This document shows, in pieces, positions 9,161 through 18,687 of a stretch of 64,000 nt of DNA. Origin of the DNA: an uncultured virus (IMG/VR IMGVR_UViG_3300035093_000027) (Duplodnaviria; Heunggongvirae; Uroviricota; Caudoviricetes); the IMG/VR virus record IMGVR_UViG_3300035093_000027, one strand, 5' to 3'. A model generated the notes under the pieces. It did not search any database and had not been told where the DNA came from. It worked only from the letters and a program-made list of their open reading frames with translations. Within the stretch, counting starts at the first letter, position 1, and each line of letters starts with the position of its first letter. The translations under genes and the position numbers were made by a program.

Positions 9161-9759
9161 TGGACCGGCTCGTACGTGTCGCCACCGACGGGCTCACCCG
9201 GTGGCAGCCGCATCGCACGGCTCCACTTGCGCAGGCCATACACCGCAGCGCCTGCGACCGCGACTCCGCCGACCACGAGCGCGACGGTCGTGGCGGCCGG
9301 GTTGCTCTTTCGGCTGGTGTGGCCGCCACCGACGGCGCCGCCCGCCGCCGCTCCGATGGGGCCGAGCATGCCGCCGAGCGCTCCACCGATCGCGCCTCGA
9401 CGATCGCGCTTGTCGGGCGCGCCGATGTGCCCACCGATCGCACCGCCGGCGATCGAGCCGGCCCACGACAGCAGGGGCAGGAGTGCGATCGACGACATCT
9501 CACCAGCGGTGATCTCCGTGGTTCCCGCGTCGGCCTCGTCCATGACCTTCTTCGTGGCCGCGCCGAGTCCCGCCGCTGCGCCGGCGATCCCGCCCAGCAG
9601 CGAGCCGACGCCGGCGCCGATCCCTGTCGTGAGCGCGGAATCTCCGTCCCATGGATTGCGGCGACGACGAGAGCGCCGACGACGTCGGCGACGCGGGTTC
9701 GCTTCGGGTGTAGCCGAGCTCGTCTTCGTGCGCTTCGCGGGGTTCTTCTTCTTCGCCAT
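9157..9759 (-). CDS. NP-motif glycine-zipper membrane protein
   Basis: KKKNP, NPRRRRRRRSRRRRNPW, RKSNP; GxxxG repeats. Confidence 0.75.
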   Translation of the reverse strand: MAKKKNPAKRTKTSSATPEANPRRRRRRRSRRRRNPWDGDSALTTGIGAGVGSLLGGIAGAAAGLGAATKKVMDEADAGTTEITAGEMSSIALLPLLSWAGSIAGGAIGGHIGAPDKRDRRGAIGGALGGMLGPIGAAAGGAVGGGHTSRKSNPAATTVALVVGGVAVAGAAVYGLRKWSRAMRLPPGEPVGGDTYEPVQ

Positions 9760-10307
9760 CACATGCCTTCGACTTCCGCCCATGCGAGCTCGACCAGTTG
9801 CGGCCATGTCAGGTTCATCGCAAGCGTCCACTGCTCGGCTTGCCAGAACGAGTTTGCGGTGTTGTTGCCGATGAGGCCGTCTTCGACGAGCGCGGGTCCG
9901 GGAACCGGCGCGGGCAGTTGGATCCGGCGCACCACGTTAAAGTCGCGCTGGAACTCGCTGACCGCCTGGATGGGCAGCGCGTCGATGACGGTCCACTGCT
10001 CGTTGGTGTGGATCGGGCCGACGTCATAGCCCCACGCATCGAGCTGGATCCCGAACGCATGCTCGTTGGGGTAGCGATCGATGTGCGGCCACGTCTCGAG
10101 ATGCGGGACGTAGTTGAAGTTGATCGTCTCCTTCGGACCAGACCCTGCACCCGCCAGCTTTTTCTGGCGCCAGAACCAGGCCGCCGTGCCGACGAGAGCA
10201 GCACCACCCACGGCCGCCACGATCTTCCGACCGCGGGACCATGGATTTCTCCCGCGCCGCTTGCTTCGAGAGCTACGGCGGCGCGGGTTGGGACGAGCTC
10301 GGCTCAC
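9759..10307 (-). CDS. NP-motif membrane protein with peptidoglycan-binding-like domain
   Basis: NPRRRSSRSKRRGRNPW + TM; AVSEFQRDFN...EDGLIGNNT. Confidence 0.7.
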   Translation of the reverse strand: MSRARPNPRRRSSRSKRRGRNPWSRGRKIVAAVGGAALVGTAAWFWRQKKLAGAGSGPKETINFNYVPHLETWPHIDRYPNEHAFGIQLDAWGYDVGPIHTNEQWTVIDALPIQAVSEFQRDFNVVRRIQLPAPVPGPALVEDGLIGNNTANSFWQAEQWTLAMNLTWPQLVELAWAEVEGM

Positions 10308-10993
10308 GAGACGTTCGAGGCCTCGGCGACGAGCGACTTCCACGTCTGCGTGGCCGACCACAACGACGCGTCGTAGAACGCGCGGGCCGTCCCCGCGCCG
10401 AACAGACCATCGGTCGCGATCGGACCCGAGGTCGACGGCTCCGGCGACAGCCCGAGCTGATCGGCCGCGGCGCGCACGAGGTTGTAGTCCTCCTGGAACT
10501 CGGTCGTCGCATCCATCGCGACCTTGCGCACCATGTTCCAGTCGTCCGCGTTGGTGTCACCGGGGTTGTAGCCGAGCACCTTGAGCTGCGTTCCGAGCTG
10601 CCGGTTGTTCGGCCATCGATCCTTGTGCGGCCACACGAACGGCGACACGGTCTGTCCGATCGCGGCGAGCGCGATGTGGCAGTCGACGTAGTTGCAGGCC
10701 TTCGCTCCGCTGCCGCCTCCGCCGCCGCCACCACCTCCACCACCTCCGCCACCACCACCGGGCGGGGGCGGCGGGGGAAACTGCTTCTTGCGACGGCGAT
10801 ACGCGGCGTAGCCGACTCCGGCTCCGAGCGCGACCGCGGATCCTGCCGCGATCATCACCCACGTAACCGCGGTCGGGTTCATGCGCGCGCGTCCGGGATT
10901 CTTGCGCTTGCGCTTGCCCTTCTTGCTGCGGCCGCCTCGGCGGCCGCGACGGGAGCCGCGGGGGTTGTCTTCGGGAGCCGGGAGCTGCTGCAT
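10304..10993 (-). CDS. NP-motif membrane protein with Pro/Gly linker and peptidoglycan-binding-like domain
   Basis: PEDNP..KRKRKNP + TM; poly-P/poly-G; EFQEDYN...TDGLFGAGT. Confidence 0.7.
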   Translation of the reverse strand: MQQLPAPEDNPRGSRRGRRGGRSKKGKRKRKNPGRARMNPTAVTWVMIAAGSAVALGAGVGYAAYRRRKKQFPPPPPPGGGGGGGGGGGGGGGGSGAKACNYVDCHIALAAIGQTVSPFVWPHKDRWPNNRQLGTQLKVLGYNPGDTNADDWNMVRKVAMDATTEFQEDYNLVRAAADQLGLSPEPSTSGPIATDGLFGAGTARAFYDASLWSATQTWKSLVAEASNVS

Positions 10994-11096
10994 GCGCGGG
11001 ACCCTACCAGCATCGGCGCGGATCGGTACAAGCGCCGAAAACAAGGCGATACGGCCCATTCGCGCATCAGGTCAGTCGCGCTCGAGCGAGCGTCAT

Positions 11097-12938
11097 CTAC
11101 CAGACCTCGATGTAGATCGCTCCGGGACCACCTGCGCCGCCGTTGCCTCCGGCGACGGCACCGTGCGCAGAGCCTCCACCTGCTCCGCCGCCGCCGTGCG
11201 ATCCACCAGCGCCTCCGACAGCGCCCACGACTGCGGTCGTCGAGCCACCACCACCACCACCACCTGTGCCGCCATAGGCCGATGTCCCCGTCACGCCTGC
11301 TGTGCCTGCTGTGCCTGCAGCACCGCTCGTGCCTGCAGCACCACCGGTACCAGCGGTGTACGTGGCTTGTCCTCCACCCGCAGTCGGCGGTAGTGCAACC
11401 GGAACGTTCGACGAACCTCCACCCGATCCACCGCCTCCGCCACCTTGCAGTGAACTCCCTCCTGCGCCGCGACTAGTGATGCCGTTGTTGCCGCCACCGC
11501 CTGCGCCTCCGTTTTCGGCGAATGCTCCGGGGTTGCTTGAGATTCCTGTTGCACCTGCTCCTCCGGTGTTTCCGACTGCGTTTGCAGTTGGACTGGAGCT
11601 CCCGTTGGGACCTCCTCCCGCGCCCGTGCCCGAGCCGGTGCCCCCCGCACTCTGACCGCCTCCGCCGCCGCCACCGGCGGCGACAGCACTGACGGATTGA
11701 CCACCTTGACCGCCGCCGCCACTGAAAGCGCTTAGGATCACCGGAGATCCGAACGTCGAGTTCCCGCCGGGTGTGCCGGATCCACCGGTCGCAGCGGCAG
11801 CGCCCGCACCACCAGGTCCGCCTGCACCGATGGTGAAGTCGACCGTGCTCGGCAACTCACTCGCGAGATAGAAGCGTTCGGCATGATAGCCACCGCCTCC
11901 GCCACCGGCCCCGATGTTGGCTGTGGCCGCCGCTCCCGATCCACCGCCGCCTCCACCACCTCCCGCGTAGAGCACGACGCGCACGAGCACTGCGCCCGGC
12001 GGGATGTTGTACGTGCTCGAGCCGGGTGTATCGCTGAAGAAGCTCGCGGTCGCATCTTGCCACGCGATCGTTCCGCCGCTTTGGGACACGAGGATCTGTC
12101 GAGGACCCGAAGGCGATACGTCTTGCGGATCTCCGATGGCCGCGGTCGGGTTCATCTTGACGCTCGCCGCCGGCATGTTGGCGAGCTTCGCGTTGTCGAT
12201 CTGATCGTCGCCGACCTGTCCGGTCACGAGCTGCGCGGCGACGAGGTTGCCGGCGACGCGACCGACTACGGTGTTCGTGCCGACCGCCATGTCCTGCGGA
12301 TCTCCGGGCGCCGCGGTCGGGTTGGTCTTGATCGAGTTCGCGGCCATGTCCGCGAGCTGGGTGTTGGTGATCGCGTTCGCGGGCACGTCCCACGTCACGG
12401 TTGCAACGCCGACGGTGACGGCGACCGTCGACGTCGACGTCGCGACGCGATCGTTGGTGAGCGTGGCCGTGGCCTGCCACGTCACATACGGCGCGCCCTG
12501 CAGCGCTGCGACGTCCGCCTGCAGCGCTGCGACCGCAACTTGCAGCGCTGCGACGTCCGCCTGCAGGACGGCGACTTGGCCTTGAAGGACGCCGACGTCA
12601 CCCTGTAGCGCGATCACCTGCGCTTGTAGTAGAGCAACGTCCGCTTGGAGTTGCGCGACTGCGGGGCCGAGTCCTCCGCCTCCACCGGATCCGATCGGCG
12701 CCCATCCGTTGACCGTGCCGGGCTCACCGAAGAACTGGAAGATCCCGAGATCGGAGAAGCGGAAGTCACCGAGTCCCCATCCGATCTCGACCCCTTCGGG
12801 AGATCCCTCGATCGCGCCGCCGATGATTCCTTGGCTAGCGGTCTCCGAGAGAAACCGAAAACGGATCCGATAGACGTCGAGCGCCTCGATGACGTCGGTG
12901 TATCCGGGACTGTAACTTGCTGGTCCTGTGCCGCCCAT
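11097..12938 (-). CDS. Gly-rich fibre/spike protein with heptad coiled coil (paralog 2)
   Basis: LQADVAA heptads, repeated ITN..LADM..NPT..DPQD units, Gly-rich C-terminal domain ending GAIYIEVW. Confidence 0.75.
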   Translation of the reverse strand: MGGTGPASYSPGYTDVIEALDVYRIRFRFLSETASQGIIGGAIEGSPEGVEIGWGLGDFRFSDLGIFQFFGEPGTVNGWAPIGSGGGGGLGPAVAQLQADVALLQAQVIALQGDVGVLQGQVAVLQADVAALQVAVAALQADVAALQGAPYVTWQATATLTNDRVATSTSTVAVTVGVATVTWDVPANAITNTQLADMAANSIKTNPTAAPGDPQDMAVGTNTVVGRVAGNLVAAQLVTGQVGDDQIDNAKLANMPAASVKMNPTAAIGDPQDVSPSGPRQILVSQSGGTIAWQDATASFFSDTPGSSTYNIPPGAVLVRVVLYAGGGGGGGGSGAAATANIGAGGGGGGYHAERFYLASELPSTVDFTIGAGGPGGAGAAAATGGSGTPGGNSTFGSPVILSAFSGGGGQGGQSVSAVAAGGGGGGGQSAGGTGSGTGAGGGPNGSSSPTANAVGNTGGAGATGISSNPGAFAENGGAGGGGNNGITSRGAGGSSLQGGGGGGSGGGSSNVPVALPPTAGGGQATYTAGTGGAAGTSGAAGTAGTAGVTGTSAYGGTGGGGGGGSTTAVVGAVGGAGGSHGGGGAGGGSAHGAVAGGNGGAGGPGAIYIEVW

Positions 12939-12973
12939 GGTGTTGCTCCTTCAGTTCGTTCTCGAGTCGCGCG

Positions 12974-14800
12974 CTACCACGTCTGGATGTAGATCGCGCC
13001 GTCGCCACCCGAGGCGCCGTTGCCACCGCTGGCCGTGCCGCGTGCTGCACCGCCACCGCCACCGCCGCCGCCGTTCGCTCCGCCAACACCTCCCACGCTG
13101 CCTACCGATGTCGTAGTGGTCCCGCCACCACCTCCGCCGCCTTCACCGCCGAACGCAGACGTTCCGTCCGCACCGGGTCCGCCTGGCGTCGACGTCAAAC
13201 CGCCCGTCCCGGCCGCGCCACCTGGTGCTGTGTACGTATGCTGGCCGCCACCAGGTCCGGCTGGTTGGTAGACGCCGACGTTGCTGCATCCACCTCCGAT
13301 ACCTCCACCGCCGCCGCCTTGGAGCGATCCTCCGCCACCAATCCCAAGGCCGTTGGTCGACGCGCCTCCGCCTCCGCCTCCTCCGTTCTCGGCGAAGCCT
13401 CCCGTGTTCGCAGAACTGCTCGCCCCGGTGCCACCGGTGTTTCCCTCGGCGTTGGATCCTTGGACCGCGACCGCGTTAGGACCACCACCGATCCCGCCTG
13501 AGGCGACCGCCGTCGCGCCAGCACTCTGACCACCTCCGCCTCCGCCACCACCGGAGCTGCTGTTCTGTTGACCGCCTCGTCCACCGCCTCCCCCGAAGGC
13601 CGTCAGGATCACCGGAGATCCGAACGTAGAACTCCCGCCGACGGTACCGCTGCCTGCATTGATGCCAACGACGCCCGCTCCTCCGTTGCCGCCTCCGCCC
13701 ACCGTGAAGTCGATGGTCGTCGGCAGTTCACTCGCGAGGTACGTGCGCTCGGTTCGAAATCCTCCGCCACCACCTCCGCCTCCTCCCACGTTCTGGGTCA
13801 GAGCACTGCATCCGCCACCGCCACCGCCTCCGCCTCCGTAGAGCACCACGCGAACGAAGCGCGCGCCCGCAGGGATGTCGTACGTGGCGGCGCCGGATGT
13901 GGTGCTGAGGAAGTTCTGGACGAAGGGAGCCCACGCGATCGTGCCGTCGTCTTGCGAGATCAGCGTCTGCGGGGACGTAACTGCTGCGACGTCCTGCGGA
14001 TCGGCCGCGGCGATCGTCGGGTTCATCTTCACGCTTCTCGCCGGCATGTTGGCGAGCTTCGCGTTCGTGATCTGGTCGTCGCCGACTTGGCCGGTGACGA
14101 CTTGCGCCGAGACGAGGTTGCCGGCGGCGCGGCCAAGCACTGTGTTCGTGCCGACCGCGAAATCTTGCGGATCGGCGACGCCTGCCGTCGGGTTGGACTT
14201 GACCGTGTTCGCGGGCATGTCCGCGAGGATCGCGTCGGTGATCGCGTTGGCCGGTACGTCCCACGTGATCGTGTTCGCGGCGACCGTGGCGTCGATCGTG
14301 GTCGTGTCCGTCGCGACGCGGTCGTCGGTGAGCAGCGCGCTGGCTTGCCACGTCAGATAGGGCTCGGTGGCCAACGCCGCGATCGGTGCGGGCAGTGCAG
14401 CGATCGCGGCCTGCAGCGCGGTGACATCGGCCTGCAGGACGGCGACGTCGTTCTGCATCGTTCCGACGTCGCCTTGCAAGGCGACCACCTGACCTTGGAG
14501 GATCGCGACGTCGACCAGGAGTTGCGCGACCTCGGGACCGAGGTTGCTGCCGCCCATGGCGACCCAGCCGATCCGCGTACCGGGCACACCGAAGAACTGG
14601 AAGATCCCCTCGGTGCTGAATCGGAAGTCGCCGCGCACCCAGCCGATCTCGATGCCGTTGGGATTGCCGCGGAAGGCGGCGCCGTTGAGCGCTTGGCTCA
14701 AGACGGTCGACAGCATCCGAAAGCGCAGTCGATGCAGGTCGACGGCCTCACGAAACGACGTGATGCCGGGGCTGTAGCTGGCGGGACCGGTGCCTCCCAC
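12974..14800 (-). CDS. Gly-rich fibre/spike protein with heptad coiled coil (paralog 1)
   Basis: Collinear with 11097-12938, same N-terminus MGGTGPASYSPG. Confidence 0.75.
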   Translation of the reverse strand: MGGTGPASYSPGITSFREAVDLHRLRFRMLSTVLSQALNGAAFRGNPNGIEIGWVRGDFRFSTEGIFQFFGVPGTRIGWVAMGGSNLGPEVAQLLVDVAILQGQVVALQGDVGTMQNDVAVLQADVTALQAAIAALPAPIAALATEPYLTWQASALLTDDRVATDTTTIDATVAANTITWDVPANAITDAILADMPANTVKSNPTAGVADPQDFAVGTNTVLGRAAGNLVSAQVVTGQVGDDQITNAKLANMPARSVKMNPTIAAADPQDVAAVTSPQTLISQDDGTIAWAPFVQNFLSTTSGAATYDIPAGARFVRVVLYGGGGGGGGGCSALTQNVGGGGGGGGGFRTERTYLASELPTTIDFTVGGGGNGGAGVVGINAGSGTVGGSSTFGSPVILTAFGGGGGRGGQQNSSSGGGGGGGGQSAGATAVASGGIGGGPNAVAVQGSNAEGNTGGTGASSSANTGGFAENGGGGGGGASTNGLGIGGGGSLQGGGGGGIGGGCSNVGVYQPAGPGGGQHTYTAPGGAAGTGGLTSTPGGPGADGTSAFGGEGGGGGGGTTTTSVGSVGGVGGANGGGGGGGGAARGTASGGNGASGGDGAIYIQTW

Positions 14801-14811
14801 GCGCTATCTCC

Positions 14812-15747
14812 TCACGCGACGCCGTGTTCGACGGCGACGAGACTGGTGACTGCCTTGATCGCCTGCTGCACTTCGCTCGAGGTTCGGATTGCGCCGAGCG
14901 ACCACCATGTGATGGCGCTGGGCCGCTGTGACTGCGCACCTTGGAATGACGCTCGGATCGCCGAGTCGATCGTGTGACCCGCGATCCCGCGTTGGTTGTA
15001 CGAGGCCAGGCCGACGACGAGTTCGCGATCGCCGAAGGTCTCGCGCCAGCGCGCGCACAGTTTCGGCGCCACCTCGGCTGGCCGCAGCGACGTGGTGTTG
15101 GTCGCGTAGCACTGCGGCAACATGAAGCTGCTGCGCTTCACGAGCGGTCCGAGCTTGGTCGGCGACGCGTATCCGATTCCGGTGACGCCCCACTTCAGAT
15201 CGGGCCCGAGCACTTCGGCGACCAGATCGGACGCGGACGTGTACGACATGGGCTTGATCGCCTGCGTCCAAGGTTCCTCGGCGTCGAGTACGAGGCTCGT
15301 GTATGGCACTGCCTCGTGGAGCTCGCGCAACTCGAGACCCATGCGACGGATGTACGGATCGTGTGGCATCACCCACGAGGTGACGTGCGCATCGAGGCCG
15401 GCATCCACGGCGGTCTTGAGCAGGGCCTTGATCCTGCTCATCGAGTACGTGTCGTAGTCGCGGGCCTGCCTCGCCTTGCTGTGGTCGTTGATGATGATGT
15501 CGAGCCGCTGCAGTCCGACCTTCTTCGCCAGGGCCACGTCACGACGGATCGCGGCGTCGCTCGCCATGCTCGCCCATCCGGCCCATGCACCGCAGCGCAT
15601 CGGCGTCCGTGGCACTGGCGTCGGATCGACGTCCTCCATCGAGCTCGGGATCGGGATCACGACGCGCGTCTCGTCCGACTCGGGATGGTTGCTCGTCCAC
15701 CAGCCGGTGAGCAGGTCGAGCAGGCCTTGTGCGGAGAGAGTCGCCAT
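14812..15747 (-). CDS. Hypothetical protein, possible glycoside-hydrolase-like TIM barrel
   Basis: Alternating beta/alpha pattern, LVLDAEEPW, FMLPQCY. Confidence 0.45.
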   Translation of the reverse strand: MATLSAQGLLDLLTGWWTSNHPESDETRVVIPIPSSMEDVDPTPVPRTPMRCGAWAGWASMASDAAIRRDVALAKKVGLQRLDIIINDHSKARQARDYDTYSMSRIKALLKTAVDAGLDAHVTSWVMPHDPYIRRMGLELRELHEAVPYTSLVLDAEEPWTQAIKPMSYTSASDLVAEVLGPDLKWGVTGIGYASPTKLGPLVKRSSFMLPQCYATNTTSLRPAEVAPKLCARWRETFGDRELVVGLASYNQRGIAGHTIDSAIRASFQGAQSQRPSAITWWSLGAIRTSSEVQQAIKAVTSLVAVEHGVA

Positions 15748-15750
15748 GGC

Positions 15751-16275
15751 TCAGCCTCCGCCACCCGTGTAGTTCTCCCATGTGCGCTGAGCGAGCTCGG
15801 ACGCCATCGCGCTGGTCGTCGCTCGGTAGGGTCTGTTGCACAACTGGTCGAGCGCCGCGGCAGCGATGACCACCACGTTCTCGTAGTTGTTCGGATTGTC
15901 CATGCTCATGAGCAGCGGCACGAACACCTGCTCCTGCAACAGCATCCGCTGCTCGAGCGACAGCGCCTGCGGGTTGATGCAGAAGCGCCGCTTGGCTCGG
16001 TTGAACGCGCTGCTGCGATCCTCTCCGCTTGGACCCGAGCCGCCTTGGCCTCCGCCAACCGGCTCGCACTGCTGCGTCGCATCATTCCACAGCATCGGCT
16101 GACCGTTGACGCCCGGCGGACAGAAGGGCTGCGTGCGCTTGGGCTTGCGGCGCATCGCTATAACGGCCGCGGTGACGCCACCGACGGCGGCCACGCTGAC
16201 CAACGCGATACCGATCTTCTTGTTGCGGCTGAGCTTGGGGTTGCGTCGGGGATTGCGTGCCAGTTGGTTCTTCAT
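15751..16275 (-). CDS. NP-motif membrane protein
   Basis: ARNPRRNPK + TM + RRKPK. Confidence 0.7.
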   Translation of the reverse strand: MKNQLARNPRRNPKLSRNKKIGIALVSVAAVGGVTAAVIAMRRKPKRTQPFCPPGVNGQPMLWNDATQQCEPVGGGQGGSGPSGEDRSSAFNRAKRRFCINPQALSLEQRMLLQEQVFVPLLMSMDNPNNYENVVVIAAAALDQLCNRPYRATTSAMASELAQRTWENYTGGGG

Positions 16276-17915
16276 CGATGCCTCCTGATCCGCGACACCG
16301 CGCGGCGCAGATCGTTGTCCAAGTAGTAGGCGGCCGCGCCTGCAGCCGCGATGGCGCCCGAAGCGATCGCGAGGTTGCGGGCGATCCGGCTGCTCGATCC
16401 GTTGTTCGAGATCGGTGCGCCGTCGGAAGCTCCGCCGCCGCCGCCCGGTACTTCCGGTGCGTCCGCGCCGCCTTCACCTTGCCCGCCGCCACCGCCTGCG
16501 CCGAGCTTCCCGGGGCCGCCGAACTTGCACGACGGTCGCTGGTCTTGCTCGAACTCCACCTGGCCGCGGTAGATCGCGTCGGGGATCATCGACAGATCGA
16601 CGTCGCAGATCGACGGGTGCTCGAGCAGATCCTTGCGACGCTGCTTCCACTTGTTCTTGACCGTCGGATCCGACATGGCTCCGAAGCTGTCGTCGACGTA
16701 CGCGCACGTATGCGTGTCGAGGAAGGCGAGCTGACGCTCTCGCAGCGTCGTCGCCGCCTTCACGGGCTGGTATTTCGCGACGTCCTCGTCGGGGATCCAC
16801 GCGCCGCCTTGGGTGGTGCGTGGCTTGCCCCACCCGAAGATGGGTCGACCGTCGCTGTCCTTGTTGTAGAAGCTGATGAGCTTGTTCTTCTGCGCGGCGG
16901 ACAGCTTGTTGTTGCCCTCGACGTACAAGCGCAGCGCCTTGAGGTAGTTGCCCCATCCCGACGCGAGCGTCTTTGCGTTGACCGTGTACAGCGCGGGCGA
17001 GTTCTTGCGAGCAATGTGCTCCCAGATCCACACGCCGTGTTGGCGAGCGGTCGGAAGCAGCGCGTTGCCGCTGTCCTTGACGTTGGCACCGACCATCTCG
17101 ATGCGCTCGTGCAGGAACGCGGTGCCTGGCACGTAGCCCAGGCAGTCTGTGCACGGGTTGGTCGCCTGGATCCTGTCGCCGAACTTCGTGTCGTTGGGAC
17201 CCGTGGTGCCCAGCGCTTGGGTTTCGAACTCTCCAAGCCACGCCGCGTTCGCTGGCACGCCGCCGCCGGGCGGACGAAAGATCTCCGTCCAGTCCTGCGT
17301 GTAGCGCATGGGCGTGAGCACCTTATCGTTGAACCGATTGAGATCGCGTTGGGGATTGAAGCGCGACTGCGGATATAGCACCGGACCATCCGAGGCATTG
17401 CTCGTCTTCACGGCCTGCACGAGCTGGTAGATCCCGTTGCCGAAGGTCCACGCGATCTCGGCGATCCATCCAACGACCGGGATCTGGCTCATGAGCTGGA
17501 TCGATACGCCGATCCCGATCTTCATGGCCTCGCGCACCAGTGCGGTCGGATCCCCACCCGACGCATCCGCGATCGCGGAGAGCAAGCTGCCCGAGTTGCC
17601 GAGCACGCTCTGCACGGACGCGACCGATCCGCTCAGCCAGTTGACCGTGCTGTCGTCGAGCGCATTGGCGATGTTCTCGACCGTGAGATCGGCGGCCACT
17701 CCGATCGTGGTCGCGATCGTGGCAAGCCCGATCTCCCCGCCGCCCTGGTAGTTCTTGGTCGACTGGTCGGCGACCCACGCACTTACCTCGGCGGCGATCG
17801 ATGAAGATCCGGCGGTGTCTTCGATGATGTCGTCGATGTCGGGGTACGCGAAGCTGTCCGGAAGGAGATCCGGAAGCTTCTTGAACGCGGGATCCTGTTT
17901 GGAGAGCCGCGGCAT
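16272..17915 (-). CDS. Large putative virion protein with C-terminal TM
   Basis: 547 aa ORF with GAGG RBS; IPVVGWI amphipathic segment, Gly linker, C-terminal hydrophobic helix. Confidence 0.65.
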   Translation of the reverse strand: MPRLSKQDPAFKKLPDLLPDSFAYPDIDDIIEDTAGSSSIAAEVSAWVADQSTKNYQGGGEIGLATIATTIGVAADLTVENIANALDDSTVNWLSGSVASVQSVLGNSGSLLSAIADASGGDPTALVREAMKIGIGVSIQLMSQIPVVGWIAEIAWTFGNGIYQLVQAVKTSNASDGPVLYPQSRFNPQRDLNRFNDKVLTPMRYTQDWTEIFRPPGGGVPANAAWLGEFETQALGTTGPNDTKFGDRIQATNPCTDCLGYVPGTAFLHERIEMVGANVKDSGNALLPTARQHGVWIWEHIARKNSPALYTVNAKTLASGWGNYLKALRLYVEGNNKLSAAQKNKLISFYNKDSDGRPIFGWGKPRTTQGGAWIPDEDVAKYQPVKAATTLRERQLAFLDTHTCAYVDDSFGAMSDPTVKNKWKQRRKDLLEHPSICDVDLSMIPDAIYRGQVEFEQDQRPSCKFGGPGKLGAGGGGGQGEGGADAPEVPGGGGGASDGAPISNNGSSSRIARNLAIASGAIAAAGAAAYYLDNDLRRAVSRIRRHR

Positions 17916-17916
17916 G

Positions 17917-18687
17917 TCACCTCGCGCTGTAGGTCTCGCCGGCTTTGCGGATCGAGGAGCCGCGATCGACTACGACCGTCGTCGACGCGGTCTTCGGCAT
18001 CTGCCAGACCTGACCAACTACCACGCCACCCGCGACGAGCGCTGCGCCGCCGAGCGCAGTCCATGCGTAGATCGGTATCTGCCGCTTCGCGCCGCTTGCC
18101 CCGGGATCAACGATCGGTGGCGGAACTTGTCCATACGCCTTGAGCCCCTCGTCGCTCTTCTCGAGCAGGCAAAGCGCGTCGTTGATCACTGCCTGCGATC
18201 GGCCGATCCCTTCGACGGGGTTGGTCGTGAACGAGTTAGGGAGCGCCTTATAGGACGCTGTCATCCGGTTGTTGAGATCGAGCAACGCGTTCCATCGCGG
18301 ATACGTACCTCCGCTCGCTTCGTCCGGGTCAGTGCAGTTGGTCCCACCTGTTGCTTGACACTCGGCAGCCCCGAGCTCGCCGAGCCGGTCATTCGCCATG
18401 TCCGAGATCTGTCGCGCGAGCTCGCGCCACTCCTCGTAGTCGGAGCCGAACGCGACCATCCCGTACGGGTTCTCGAACGTGTACCCGGACACGGTCACGA
18501 CGAGCGATCGGTACTTTGACCCGCATCCCCGCGAGCGCTTCTTTTGCAGATCGCGTAACGCAACGACGCCGGATCCCAAGAGCGTCAGCACGCCCAGGGC
18601 GATCGATGCCTTCGCACCGCCGGCCATCGGATTGCGACGCGTGCGCTTGCGTCGCTTCGCGTTCGATCGCTTCGTCTTGCGTGCCAT
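17917..18687 (-). CDS. NP-motif membrane protein with two TM helices
   Basis: MARKTKRSNAKRRKRTRRNPM + TM; second TM near C-terminus. Confidence 0.7.
   Translation of the reverse strand: MARKTKRSNAKRRKRTRRNPMAGGAKASIALGVLTLLGSGVVALRDLQKKRSRGCGSKYRSLVVTVSGYTFENPYGMVAFGSDYEEWRELARQISDMANDRLGELGAAECQATGGTNCTDPDEASGGTYPRWNALLDLNNRMTASYKALPNSFTTNPVEGIGRSQAVINDALCLLEKSDEGLKAYGQVPPPIVDPGASGAKRQIPIYAWTALGGAALVAGGVVVGQVWQMPKTASTTVVVDRGSSIRKAGETYSAR

Noticed and set aside
10712..10777. GC-rich triplet runs here and in the fibre genes
   Set aside because: Simply encode poly-Gly/Pro linkers
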